Below are positions 25,796 to 39,376 of a stretch of DNA of 64,000 nucleotides, one piece after another. Every line of letters begins with the position of its first letter. The first letter of the stretch is position 1. The notes beneath the pieces were generated by a model, which ran no database searches, had not been told where the DNA came from, and worked only from the letters and a program-made list of their open reading frames with translations. This stretch comes from Octopus bimaculoides. Taxonomy: Eukaryota. Location: the NCBI RefSeq assembly GCF_001194135.2, contig NC_068991.1:22356546-22420545 (forward strand). The letters run 5' to 3'. Made by a program: the position numbers and the translations under genes.

Positions 25796-26465
25796 TGTAG
25801 GTCAACCCAGACCAAGCAGACTTATAATCAAATGCATTTTAGTCATGATTATCCCATCTCTTTAGGTTGTGTTATCATCATCATCATCACCAGCACCCAC
25901 TACACTCTCGGGGTGGTTGGCGTTAGGAAGGGCATCCAGCTGTAGAAACTTTGCCAGATCAGATTGAACCTGGTGCAGCCTCTGGCTCACCAGTCCTCAG
26001 TCAAAATATCCAACCCATGCCAGCATAGAAAGCAGACGTAAAACAATGATGATACATACATACATACATAAATACATGCATGAATAAATAAATGAATGAA
26101 TAAATGATGTGTTTCCTTCAACTTCCATCTATTAAATCCACTCACAGGGCTCTGGTCATCCGAGGACTATAGAAGACACTTGTAAGACTGAACCCCAAAC
26201 CAAGTGATTGAGAAGTGAACTTCTTAGCCACACAGCTGTGCCTACTATCTATCTTTTACTTGTTTCAGTCATTAGATTACAGCCATGCTGGAGCACCACC
26301 ATGAAAAATTTTAGTCAAACAATTGACCCCAGTACTTATTTTTAAAGCCTGGTACTTATTCTGTCGGTTTGTTTTGCCAAACTGCTAAGTTACAGGAACA
26401 TAAACAAGCCAACACTGGTTGTCAAGTGATAGTGTGGGACAAATAGAGACACAAAGACACATGCA

Positions 26466-26650
26466 CATGTAACCACATGTGAATCATTGGCGATTTTCTT
26501 CCTCCATCTTCCCTTCTATTGGACTTTCCTCTGTTTCCGAAGAAGAGCATCTACTCGAAACATTAAACCATCTTTCTTTCCTTTCCTGAGTGTCTGCTAA
26601 TACATTATATGTACCACATCCTTGTGTTGTTGTTTTTTTGGATTCTTTTT
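26466..26650 (+). mobile_element. Penelope-like repeat with degenerate hammerhead motif; second copy at 46445-46620
   Basis: Two homologous copies; consensus GTTT-CCGAAGA-A-GAGC-ATCT-GCTC-GAAA-CGTT-AAAC. Confidence 0.55.
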
Positions 26651-26657
26651 GGATTTA

Positions 26658-26704
<47 letters not shown>

Positions 26705-28299
26705 CAAGCTTCTTTCAGTTTCCATCTACCAAAACTACTCAAAGCTTTGGTCAGCCCGAGGCTATAGCAGAAGTCACTTTCCCAAGATGTCACACAATAG
26801 AGGTGAACCCAGAACCATGTGGAATTATATTGGCTAATGTTTTCTTCTTTACTTAAAATAGCAAGGATATGTCGGCTAATGCTTCTAGCAAGACAGTTAG
26901 CCACATACAGCTTCTTCTCTCTTGTCTCATTGAGCCTTGTAGGTTTTATATGTTTTATGTCCACCCAACTCTCATTCTCTTGAAGCAGGTCATATTTTTC
27001 TGAGGAGAGTGTCAGACTTAACACTGTGAGCTAAGGAAATCCTCATCAGTTTTACAGTTTATGGCAATCCCTACTACGCTGTAGTTCCTATTGTAACACA
27101 AAGAGGACTTATCTGTCAAGAGTTGTTTGTCATGACACTAGAAGCAATACAGTATCAGTAGCACAATACAAACTGTCCACCTCTCAGCTGGTTATTTGTC
27201 AAAATTCAGAATCTGTAGAATCTGGTGAATGCACAGAAGATTTCAGAGAAGACTTCCATAAACTGAATTACTGTGAGAACTGAAGAACTTAATGTTTGAA
27301 GATCTTACCTTTTGTCTAGGCTTGAAGAAGAGAGAGAAAGTAGTGTTGTAGTTTTGGTTGTGGTACCCTGTTGACTCAGCCATTTATAGGGGTTCTTTGC
27401 TAAATTTTTAGGTGCCAGCTCTAACAAAATCTTGTTATTTCCTGTATTGGTGGTGGGGGCATATGTACTTACATACCTACAAGTGTGTGTGTGTGTATGT
27501 GTTTGTCACACTCAGCTATCATTGATAGTAAAGATATTAATGAGATTATAACCTGTCATCACATTTTGGTCTATAAGTGGCATAAATAAAACACATTTTA
27601 ACCTTTTCACATTCAAATTTCTTTTGTCAAATCTAGTGCTTATTTATTCACATTTTTTTAATTAATCAAGAACTATCTTGTAACTTCATGATTTCAATGG
27701 TGTGTTTGTATATTTTAGAATGCCATTTTAGAGTAGGTATAGCAGGTTGGATCTGGCCAGTTTTAACATAAAACAGGTAGAATATTTGGGCCAGGTATGG
27801 CTTAATTAAATGCTAAAGGGTTAATAATATAATGTATAATATATATAATTAATATATAATACTACAATAATATAACAAATTACTGCACTATTGTGCAGTG
27901 TAACTTGCACTCACTCACCAGTTATCATAGATATAATTATCGAGTAAGTAGAGATAAAAAAGATAATCATGTATTTTACCAAATTAAAAGTAATTACTTT
28001 CTTACCAAACAACATTACCCCTTTTGATAACTACTTACCTGTGACTTCCCCTATCTCTGTGATGTAAACTTACTCTTCCAAAATGATCTGGATTTATAAT
28101 CTTCCATAAAAATTTCATGTTTATGTCCTAAACACCAGCTTAATATGACAGTTATTTTACTAAATCCTTCATTATTTTCAAAATTAATTCAACAGAAATA
28201 TGGTAACAAAAATGCTAATAAGAGGTGCCACAATAATTTCCACATTGAGTGAATCATAATTTGTGTTCTGGGAAGTAACTGTTGTGCTAGTGTTTTCTG

Positions 28300-30250
28300 C
28301 TGATCCTTAGCACCACAACTAGTGACATTTGGCTTGAGATTTCACTGAACTAAATAAGATTCACATGGCTTAACAAACTTAAGGGCTGATACATGATATG
28401 TCTTCATGTGACTGAATCTCCTCTCTCACTCAACAGTTCTAATGGGAATAAGTTGTGGACAGCTCAGTAATAGTTGTAAATCTTGGTAGCTCCAGCATTC
28501 ATGATCTGCACATAATCTCTGAAAGTATTTATTATAGAGGAGGAAAAAAAGCTTAAGCCTCTTGCATAGAGATTATATTACTGCTTCTACATAATTTTCA
28601 GTATTTCAGCAGGCTCATAGCCTTCATTTAACTAGGATTTATGCATACATTGAGATTCAGAAGTCTGAGAGCTTTCAAAGATGTTTCTGTAAAATTATTG
28701 TGTTGGAAATTGTCTATAAGACGAGTAAGAAATGTAAATAAGTTAATGTAGACAATTTTGTTGCTGCTTGTTAAGGTAATTTCTTTCAAAATTCCATTTT
28801 TCAACTGTTTTTTAAGCTTCTAGAGTGTTTGTACCGAGCTCTTTCAGTCCATGCAGTGATCTTGTGTTCTATTGGATTAATTTGTCTGCATAAATAATCA
28901 ATTCTGTTAACACTTTAACAGTAAACTAAATTCATGCAACATAAAAGTTAAGTCCAAAAGAAACTGTTCTGAGGAGAGTCTTTTTAAGCCAAGCCTTGTT
29001 TTATCCTTCATTTAATTTTCTTATCAAAATATTAAAAAGCAGCTTCATAATTCTGCCACACTGCTATAAGTATAACTGTCCGCCTAGTGCCCAGAACACA
29101 GTCTATTTATACAAATGTATTATTGTAGTTGAGATGCACATTCTGACAATTCCTTTTGATTTTGTGATGAAGTACAATTCATCAATAAATGAGTGAAAAC
29201 TATCTTAATTCCATGAATTTCTCTCACCTACTGAAACTTCTAAGCTGGGATTAAGACATTGTCAAATTATCAAATCAGAGTAGTGTTCCTTGAGAATTGT
29301 TACAATGCTAGATTTTATACAAAACATTATGCTTGACCCATCACTAATAAATACTAAAAGTTTGTTTCAAGTAAACAGCATCAAACCCATAGTTGATGCT
29401 ACAATTCAATAGATATTTAGCAATTTCTGATCAGACAGCCTAATTAGGTGTAAAAACATAAAATGGTAGTTACCTTTTTTATCACTTTCACATTTCAAAT
29501 AAACTATTAGAGTGAGCTTAATACTTAGGCTTGTTGATTTATCAGTGAAAACAGAAATTTTGCCATTTATCTGCTTGATATGCTGGCAGATTTCCATTTT
29601 CATATAAATGGTTATGTGATTAATTATCTGTGTAGCACTAGTGCAAGAATGTAGTCAAATTCCAATGTCAATACCGTTTTTCTTTTGAAGTTCCAATAAG
29701 CCAAAGTGATCAAAGTCTGATCTGTTATTCTGAGCTAAATAATATGCTGAAAGAAAAATTGAACAACTTGTCTTTAGGTTTGAGGTGTTCATGGAGTTTC
29801 ATAATTTTTCAAAAGCATTTTCACTGGCTCTAATTTCAGTATTTAGAATAACAATGCTGTTGGCTTTTGATTGTTTGTGATGAACATTTTCTTTTCCTTG
29901 GCCTGAGAAACATCTGTAGTTCATTTGACAGACTTGAACCCTTAGAATTGCTTGTATGTTACTCTTGTTACATCTCTACTTGCTCAAGATAAAAGAAACA
30001 AACAGTGTTTGTTAAGCAGTCATGGGGTTGTTAATGAGTAATCCACAAACCACTGTCTACTATTGTAATCTTATTAATGCAACTGAGTCAGAGCAGACAG
30101 CAAAACCAGCAGTGCACATCAAGGATTAGGGACAAGTTGTCTCTGAGTGCAGGTGTGAAACAGAGCTAAATTTCCTTTTCGTTGCTAATTAAGTTAGGGC
30201 ACCAAAATTGTCTTTGCCTCTGGATGCTGATAACCCTTGCAACACCACTG
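28300..30250 (-). mobile_element. degenerate hAT transposon in the IFT43 intron
   Basis: Broken-frame motifs AYYLAQNNR..LLELQKKNG, SVFTDKSTSLS..LIVYLKC, FISDGSS.M, CLNPSLEVSV, VLGTR..AVWQNYEA and TVExERRFSHM (dimerisation domain); hAT-like end cttgcaacaccactg at 30236-30250. Confidence 0.8.
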
Positions 30251-31906
30251 GACAAACTGGAAATAATATGGAAAACATTTCTCCTGATGTAATATCCTCA
30301 CTATCAGTAGCTTTAATAATCTCATGCATAACTTACTCTGTTGACAAACTTTTATTTCTTGCAAATTTTGACCTTTTTTTTTCTGATGTACATCAATTTT
30401 CTGAAACCTTTGGTTTCAAAGCCTTTTCATATTCTTCTATTCTTTTACTTGTTACAGTCATTTGACTGCGGCCATGCTGGAGCACCGCCTTTAGTCGAGC
30501 AAATCGACTCCAGGACTTATTCTTTGGAAGCCTAGTACTTATTCTATTGGTCTCTTTTGCCGAACCGCTAAGTTACGGGGACGTAAACACACCACCATCG
30601 GTTGTCAAACGATGTTGGGAAGGACAAACGCAGACACACACGCACATATATATACATATACATATATACGATGGGCTTCTTTCAGTTTCCATCTACCAAA
30701 TCCACTCACAAGGCTTTTGTTGGCCCGAGGCTATAGTAGAAGACACTTGCCCAAGGTGCCATGCAGNNNNNNNNNNAGGCTTTTGTTGGCCCGAGGCTAT
30801 AGTAGAAGACACTTGCCCAAGGTGCCATGCAGTAGGAATGAACCCGGAACCATGTGGTTGGTAAGCAAGCTACTTACCACACAGCCACTCCTGCGTATTA
30901 AAAGTCAATAAAAGTATTATTGACTTTTCTGAACCAGGGGTGATCACCTTGGTCAACACACTCTAAATTAAACAAATATTAAATTTACTTAAATAGTTAA
31001 ATGAAATACAGGTACCAATACATTAGTATAAATGATACAAGATTATTAATACTGCACTGTAATGGTACTTGTCTGTGCAAGGTATGAGAAAACTAGCCTG
31101 GTAGCAGTTCCTGCTTATAAATAAATGCAGGTGATAAGAGGCTCTGAACCATCAATGTCCAGAAAGTCAGTTGTGTTGTACCTGAATACTCAAAAGTAGA
31201 AATGTTGAGAATAAAAATTCTATAAATAGGTTTGGAAGATTTGGAAATAGTGGATTAGAACCAATGTAGGTAGTTTGCAGGAATTCTCATCACTCAACAT
31301 CTGCCCATGCATGAGTAAATCCGTCACTTAGCAAGAATTAGTTTTAAATATATAAAACAAGGTTCAAGAAGCTTCAGTATTTACAAAAAAAAAAGGTTTA
31401 TGCAAAAAATTGACAGTTTACAGAGGTACCAGAGTGGTGCTTGTACCCATGGTTATCTACACTCTCAACTCAAAACATTATGAGCCAACATAGGAACCCC
31501 GGTATGGTTGATCAACAAGTTAGAAATAGCAACCAAGTCTTTCTCAATACCATACCCTTAAAAAAAAAATAACTGAATGATACATTGGATAATGTAGTCT
31601 TAGATACATTGATTTGATGGATAAAAAAAAAAAAAAACAAGGAAGTCCCAGCTGGAACACTTTTATCATGTGCCTGCTTGCTCAGGTTTGACCTAGGGCT
31701 AAACAACAACAACAACTGGCCTTTAGGTCAGGGGACACCACTGAAAATTTTTCCAATCTTTAAATAATGGTTGAAGGAAGAAATACCTCTTAAGTGAATT
31801 AATTGCTTAGACTTCAATGTAAACAACAGTAGACATTGGAAGCACCATTAGAAGTCTCTCTCTATCAATTAATATATATAGAATAATTAAGTCACTCTTT
31901 TTCCAG

Positions 31907-31979
31907 GGTCCAGATCAGTAAAGTGTTGACCTACCGAGAATTGGACAATGACTTGAAGCAGGCTGCATTTCCTTCGCTG
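31907..31979 (+). CDS. IFT43: IFT43 exon (VQISKVLTYRELDNDLKQAAFPSL)
   Basis: tttttccag acceptor, CTG|gtaagt donor, 73 nt. Matches the hallmark IFT43 motif VMTYRDLDNDL. Confidence 0.95.
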
Positions 31980-32209
31980 GTAAGTAGAGTTAATAACTTT
32001 CTATATAACCCCATGAATGTTATGAGAAATAACTTAATGACACCCTCATGGATATTAGTTGATATGCTGTCAGGTATTTTGGTAAAAATCTTGATTGATG
32101 ATTTAGCTGATGTATGGGATGGGATATAGTATATGTGATATCATAGTGGATAACCTTGACTGATATCTTATAGTGATTTTATTTCATTAATGTCACATTC
32201 TCAATTTCT

Positions 32210-32610
32210 TGTTCCCTATCAGACTGAGGTCTTGTTCCTATTTTTTTTTTCTTGCCTTTAACCCTCCAATGTGGAGTATAGGCCACTTATAATTGAATTT
32301 CATGTCGCATAATTTTTCGCTTCTGTACTTATACTCTGCCATGAATGTCCCCCTTTCTCTAGTTCCTTTTTGTGTTCATCTACGCCACGAGTTCTTAGGC
32401 CTACCCTTCTTTCTATATTCATCCGGATTCCACTGTAAAGCACTTTTCGCTACATTTGGTGTGTCTTTTCTAATCGTGCTACCAATCCACATCCACTTAT
32501 TTTTAAATATTTGCTCCCTAATTGAAACTTGATTTGTTCTTTGCCATAGCTCCATATTGCTTATGTGTTCGGGCCATCTAATTTTAAGTATACTACGCAA
32601 GCACTTGTTC
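32210..32610 (-). mobile_element. RTE LINE 3' fragment
   Basis: ORF 32376-32600 ILKIRWPEHISNMELWQRT...WIGSTIRK...ALQWNP...KGRPKNSWRR is a typical RTE post-RT region. Confidence 0.85.
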
Positions 32611-33874
32611 CTATATAAGAAATAATTACTATTATCATCATTATTTAAGGCAGTGAAGGCAGTGAGCTAGCAGAATTGTTAGCACGCTGGGACAAATTGC
32701 TTAGCAGCATTTTCCCAACTATGTAATTCAAATGCCACCAGGGTCAACTTTGCTTTCATCCTTACAGGGCCAATAAAATAAGTGCCAGTTGAGCATTGGG
32801 TTTGATGTAATCAACTTACCCCTTTCCTGAAATTGCTGGCCTTGTGCCAAAATTTGAAACCATTATTATTCAGGAAGTGCAATCTCAGCCACAAATTACA
32901 AAGTGAAAATATTCAGATAAGCAACTTTTGTTTTCCAGCCTGACACTTTTTATACTTCATTTTATAGCACTAATTATAATTACTATTTTTATTCATTAAT
33001 TTATCTATTTACCCATACAGTTTCATTTACTCCATGCCATGTGTTATAGTAAACTTAAGAAAGCCTATATTTAATTCTCTCTCACTTTAATGCTCCTTAT
33101 AATTATTATTGTTGTTCATTTATTTATCTATTTAGTAACAAAGTTTTGTTTACTCCATGCCGTATGTTATGTTATAGTTATAGTGAAGTTAAGAAATGCA
33201 AATGTTCAACTCTTTTTCACTCTATAGCGCTCATTATAATTCTTACTATTATTCATTTAGTTATCTATTTAGCCACAAAGTGTCATTTATTCCGTGTTAT
33301 AGCAAAGTTATGTAATCCAATTGTTCAATTCTGTTTACTCATGCTCTGAATCTTAAAAATCCCATCTCTTCAATTGTTTGCCTATTACCCATTATCTTAT
33401 CCCAAAAGTTCCACTGTTTCCTCGACTATAGCCCTAATTCTTGAAAATTTCACCCCTCTCTCTCTCTCTCTCTCAGTTTGTTACCCACTTGCTTTGCCAT
33501 GTTGATTGTTAATCAGTGGCTTTTGCTTTGTCTGTGTCTATGCTTCATCGGCTTCAGCTAGGGGATAGGGCAGTTATAGTGTTTTGTCATTCCACAGTGC
33601 ACCCTCCCCCACCACTTATACTGGAAGTTTTTCTCCTCTAACCTCTACTGGAAGTCTCTCTCTCCTCTAAACCTCTACCAGATGTATTTCTCCTAAGCAC
33701 CTATAACAGTTACCTACACAGAGGGTAGGGCTTTGTACCAGTTGAGGAGAGATTAGAGATATAGAGGGACAGGGATAGGTGTCTTGCTGTAACTTTAGCA
33801 TTGTGTTTATGTATCCAATACAATGAAGAAAAGTTAAACAAGTATCATCATAAATAATTATTATTATTTCTCAG

Positions 33875-33937
33875 GACGGTGAGGTGGATTTAAAGATGTT
33901 AACCAGGTGCTTGTTACCAGAATCAGATCTGATTGAG
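33875..33937 (+). CDS. IFT43: IFT43 exon (DGEVDLKMLTRCLLPESDLIE)
   Basis: atttctcag acceptor, GAG|gtgagc donor, 63 nt phase 0-0. Matches DGEIDLKLLTKVL. Confidence 0.95.
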
Positions 33938-35179
33938 GTGAGCTGATTGTTTCCTTAAAAATTTCTTTACAGTATATTTGTACGTTCATTCAGTTCAGTG
34001 TAAATTATCTGTTTTGAGCCAATTTACCAGAGTCCTTCACAATTTACAAAGGCAATATCCATGCATGCAGATATGTATGTATATGGGGGCTGTCAACTCA
34101 CAGACAAATTATCTTATTCATAGTTGTTAAAGACAATGGATGGCAGCTATGCAAGTGCTGAAATTTAAAGTCAATAATACCAAACACAACTTTGCAAAGA
34201 CTCTCACTCACAAAACTAAGTAATCCAGAAACAGGCAAGAGTAAAATCTCCAGTTTCACAATGAAGTGGGTGTTATGTCAGAATTTCTTTCTCCTAGAGA
34301 CATATCTAAACTAAGACTGGAGGTCTCCTGACTGTTGATTGTATTGAGTTCATCCATCCTTTGACAGGTTTTGTTTTTCACCTCACAGGGTGTCTAATGT
34401 AAACCACTCTCCTTACCAAGCAGGCTTGCTAGTGTTGCTAGTTCAGTCACCAACAGCCTGAACATGCAGCAAGTTGTACCAGGTTACATGTTACCAGTAG
34501 CTCCATGAATGATCTGACACAATATACATGCATACGTTACCTCAAGCTAAGAAAGAAGCCTTGAACTGCCAGAATCACACATACTGTCTCAAAAAAAAAA
34601 ACACAAAGAAAACAAAAAGACACATTGGATAATGTAGCTGTGGACACCTATAGATAGAGAGAATGATGACAGCTGGAAAATCTTTGATCACAGATCTGCT
34701 GAGATCAGATTAGCTGAGGGTTAAACAACAGCAACAACCTAATTACCTTCATCAATTAATCCACATTTAACAGGTCGACATGGGAGCTGCTGCATGATCA
34801 CATGCTCTGCTAGAAATAGCAGTGAAGTAAAGGCCACATTAGTTGACTTGAGACTAAACAGCAGCAATAACAATGTCCTAAATTATCTTCATCAGTTAAT
34901 CCAAATTTATTAACAATGTGATAGAGTCATGAGCTTTGCATAATGATTTAGTATGTCATTGCTAAGCTTCATTCACTCTGGAGACAGCCCATCTCAGGCA
35001 GTATATCTAACAATAGTTATTTTGTCAGCTGTGTGGTTCAGAAGTTTCTTTCCCAACCATATGATTTCATTATCAGTCTCATAATGTGGCTCCTGGGCAA
35101 GTGTCTTCTACTATAACCCCAGGTTAACCAAAGCCTTATGATTGGATTTTGTCAACAAAAACTAAACGAAACCGCACAT

Positions 35180-35210
<31 letters not shown>

Positions 35211-36724
35211 CTATCATATCTCTTCGTCTTGGCATTGTGTGTTAGTTGTGAATGAGCATCACTGTGATACAAGTGATGTTTATTTCCAATCTTCTGTGAA
35301 TACATGTCAGGCCATGGGGGAAATAACACCTTGTTTGGAAACAAGTGAGGATTGGCTGTAGAGAGGACATCCAGCTGTGAAAAATCTACTTCAACAAATT
35401 CTGTCTGACTCATGGAAGAATGGAAAAGTGAACATCAAAAGAATAATGATTATGTTAATTTTCAGCCAAGTCTGCATTAATCCTTACTGGGGTGCTGAAA
35501 ATATGCAGCCCTCGTTATAAGCAAATAAATTACTTATATTGATTAGTGCAATTGAGTGTTAAATATATAAAATTTTAAAAAGCAGGTGATAAGTAATATA
35601 GTTGTTGAAATCTAGTCTAGGAGATGATCTGGAAGAAAACTGAAGTTTTAATCTTTGTTTTTCACATTCAGTACTTAAGACATCTTAATGCTTTGCCTGT
35701 TGGATGATGGAAAGGCTAAGGAGGCATTATTGTTGGATTCTATTTAAAGCATCAGTCAGCCTTCACCTAACCTTGAGCTCAGGTCATCATCATTTTTTGG
35801 CATCCACTTTCCATGCTGGCATGGGTTGGTCTCATCAAACACATCTATGATCAGAAGTGTTCCAGTTCTAATTATCTCATCTTTTCGTGTATCCATGACT
35901 ACAATGTCTAATGTAGCCTTCCTTTTTAAGGCACTAGGATATGATTTAAGGGTCATATGGCTGTGGTTTATAACAAGTTGAGCGACTATATTGTCTCCCT
36001 TAATTGGTTTCGTTTTTATCTCAGCTGTAGGGCTTGGCATCCAAAGATTTTAGTCTCAAAGCATGTGGTCCCAACAAAGATAGCATTCTGACAAGAAAAC
36101 TTCTGAGTGGTTACTCAATCTGCTTACAAATAAAAGCTAAATCTCTCATGTCACACACCACTGTCTTAAAAAAAAAAGGACATTACTGGGCAATGTAGTC
36201 TTAGATACTCTAAATGAGAAGATGCATGGTTTGAGTATTTGGCTCAAGATTCTAATGTCATGAGTTTGATTCCTGGTGGTGCATTGTGTCCTTGAGCAAG
36301 ACACTTTATTTCACATTGATTCAGTCTACTCAGCTGGCAAAAATGAGTAGTACTTGTATTTCAAAGGGCTAGCCTTGTTACATTCTGTGTCACATTGAAT
36401 CTCCCTCCCTGAGAATTACATTAAGGGTACTTGTGTCTCTGGAATGCTCAGCCACTTGCACATTAATTTCATGAGCAGGCTGTTCTGTTGATCAGATCAA
36501 CTGGAATCTATATTGTCATAACTGATTGAAAGCTATATAAAAAAATTTTTTTTAAACTGGATGGTCATAGCTAGAATGACTTTCATCATATGTCTGCTTA
36601 ATCAAGGTTGAACGAGATTAAACAACAACAGAAGGGGTAGATATTGTTTTGAATTAGATATAACCATGCCTCTGCTAACTACCATTGCCTCAGTGCAAAG
36701 CTGATATTAATGGCAGAACAAGGG

Positions 36725-36759
<35 letters not shown>

Positions 36760-36818
36760 CAAGTAATGTGTGATTGAACATTGTAAATGATAATTCTCTG
36801 GTTTTTTTACAACTACAG

Positions 36819-36923
36819 GAAGATAAACCATGGAACTGGGAACAACTCTTCACTGAGGTTTCTTCTGAAATTGCCAATATAAAAGATAAGAACTCTCCTT
36901 CACCGATTACTGAGCTGTTATAG
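36819..36923 (+). CDS. IFT43: IFT43 terminal coding exon (EDKPWNWEQLFTEVSSEIANIKDKNSPSPITELL*)
   Basis: ttttacaactacag acceptor; matches the C-terminal WDWDxLFTEVSSE motif; TAG at 36921-36923. Confidence 0.95.
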   Translation, partial: EDKPWNWEQLFTEVSSEIANIKDKNSPSPITELL

Positions 36924-37511
36924 AGACTCTGCCTGGGCATCTTGTCTACTTTTCAGTCAAATTATCCAATGTGTGCTTTTTTTCATTGCCAAACTACATT
37001 TGTAGGAATTTTTTGGAAAGAAAATATCTTTTCAAATGGAATACTGTCAAGAATTTATATCATTAAAAGTATGCTGGAAATGCTTGCATGAGAGAGAGAG
37101 ATGGAGAGGGAGTGTGTGTGTGTGTGCATGTATGCATGTGTGTATACATGCAGTGTATTTGTAAGTAAGGGAATGTCTGCGTTTTTGTGTATGCATATGA
37201 GTATAAACTGTAACCAACTTCATTAAAGCTGCTGGGAAGCGTTTTTTTGTTAATTTTATTGTTTGTTATATTTATTTATTTATTTTCAACATTGTTTTAC
37301 TATGTACCTTGTATAAATAATTATGTAATGAAAGTGGAGAATATTCATTGAAATACTGACTGAAGCAGTTGTTCCTCTAATCTGAATTGGCAGTCCAGGT
37401 TTTGACTTCAGTTAGAACCACTTACATTAGTTTACATTCATTAGGAAATACATTACAATCACAAAATTCCTTTTTTTCAGTTTCTATAAACTCCAAGATT
37501 TATTATTATTA

Positions 37512-37815
37512 TTCAGTAGTTTTATTTTTATAACATGCTTTCACTTCACTACTGAGCACAGCTCTGTGTGCCTTGGGTATGTGCTGTGGTTTGCTGTGAT
37601 GCTCTTATGGTTACTGTATTGAAAGTGTTTTGCGTAGGATGTGTGTAGTGTCCAGTAGTGCAATTTTCTGTGTTATATATATTTGTAAGTCCTGGTGTTT
37701 TTGTTATGTATTTGTCTGAATATTTTTTTTTATACCTAAGGCACCTACTATGATAGGAATTGTTTCTGTTTTTAGATTCCACATTCAAGCTACCTCTATT
37801 TCCAGGTCTTTGTAT
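37512..37815 (-). mobile_element. R4/Dong-like 3' fragment, same family as 43486-44276
   Basis: Near-identical 3' UTR and C-terminus (KYSDKYITKTPGLTNIYN); (TTA)n on both flanks. Confidence 0.88.
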
Positions 37816-37831
37816 TTATTATTATTATTAT

Positions 37832-37876
<45 letters not shown>

Positions 37877-37887
37877 GACTACTACTA

Positions 37888-38770
37888 AGAAGGCAGTGAG
37901 CTGGCAGAATCATTAGCACGCTGGGTGAAATACTTAGAAGTATTTTGTTTGCCACTATGTTCTGAGTTCAAATTCCATCGAGGTCGACTTTACCATTCAT
38001 CTTTTTGGGGTCGATAAATTAAGTACCAGTGAAACACTGGGGCCGATGTAATTGACTTATCCTCTCACCTAAAATTGCTGCCCTTGTGGCAGAATTTGAA
38101 ACCATTATTATTATTATTATTAAGGCAGTGAGCTGGCAGAATTGTTAGCACACTGGGCAAAATGCTTAATGACATTTCGTCCATCTTTACATTCTAAGTT
38201 CAAATTCTGCCAAGGCTGACTTTGCCTTTCATCGTTTTGGTGTTGATAGATAAGAACCAGCTGAGCACTGGGATCAATTTACCCTCTTCCCCCAAACTTG
38301 CTGGTTAAAATTTTAAACCATTATTAAGGCAGTGAACTAGCAGAATCATTAGCACACAAGACAAATTGCTTAGTGGCATTTCTTCTGGCTATTTACATTC
38401 TGGATTCAAATTCCACCATGGTCAACTTTGCCTTCCATCCTTTTGGGGTCAATGAAATAAGTACCAGTTGAACACTGAGGTCAATGTTATCAACTAGCCC
38501 TCTTCTCCAAAATATCAGGCCTTGTGCATATAATAGAAAATATAAAAGACAGTGAGCTTTCAGGATTGTTAGCACACCAGACAGAATACTTAATGATATT
38601 TCTTCTAGCTTTACATTCTAAGTTCAAATTCCACCAAGGTCAACTTTGCCTTTCATCCTTTTTGGGGTTGATAAAATAAGTACCAGTCAAAATACCAGGC
38701 TTGACGTAATCAACTTCTTCCTCCCCTCAAAAACTGTTGGCTCTGTGCCAAAATTTGAAACCATTGTTAT
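37888..38770 (+). mobile_element. four head-to-tail copies of SINE family B
   Basis: Heads at about 37889, 38122, 38326 and 38545, each 200-225 bp, mutually diverged and separated by short A/T-rich or (TTA)n spacers. Confidence 0.85.
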
Positions 38771-38993
38771 TCGTAGTATTATTAATATTATTATTATTAT
38801 CATTATGTTTTTGCCTTTGCTTTGATTTATATAAGCTGCTCCAAAGTCTCAACCAGAGACACCATGATGATATACATAACAGCTGAGCACTGAGGTCAAT
38901 GTAATCAACTAACCCTCTCCTCTAAAGATTTGTGCCTATAGTATATTGGACTATTACCATTTCTTCTTTTTATTATCATTATTATTATTATTT

Positions 38994-39329
38994 TATGTTT
39001 GACTTTTGCTTTGCATTTGTACAAGTTGAATCTAAGTCTCACCCAGAGACCTCAAGAGACAAGTTAGAAGTTCATGTAGGTGTTATGCCTAGTTTACCAT
39101 ATATTTGGATTTGTACATAGTGTTGTTCTAGAGAATGTTTAAGAAACCATAAGAAAATTATGTGTTTGTTTTAAAATTTAAGATCACATAGACAGTATTT
39201 TACGTAGGATATGGGCAGTTCCCATGAGCACTATCTTTTGAACTTCAGCCATTTTGGGGTTTCCTGGTATCTGAGCTAGGTAGTAATCAGCCCGTTTCAC
39301 TGTCATTCCCAGGGCACCTATGACAATAG

Positions 39330-39331
<2 letters not shown>
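38994..39331 (-). mobile_element. second R4/Dong-like subfamily, 3' fragment
   Basis: Translates to PIVIGALGMTVKRADYYLAQIPGNPKMAEVQKIVLMGTAHILRKILSM*, with a different 3' UTR; (TTA)n on both flanks. Tiny 3'-end pieces also occur near 38807 and 39378. Confidence 0.85.

Positions 39332-39376
<45 letters not shown>

Noticed and set aside
27025-27060. Minus-strand CTGATGA hammerhead cores here and near 59720
   Set aside because: No GAAA after helix II and no helix I or III.
27020-27283. Stop-free frame of about 87 codons on + in the IFT43 intron
   Set aside because: No start codon, splice support or recognisable motif; that length is expected by chance in 64 kb.
30713-30830. Internal tandem duplication in a SINE, also at 18470-18600
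   Set aside because: The duplicated segments flank 10-11-N gaps, typical of unmerged contig overlaps.
37888-38770. CRISPR-like repeat-spacer array
   Set aside because: Units are roughly 200-bp diverged SINEs with microsatellite spacers in a eukaryotic genome; no cas genes.
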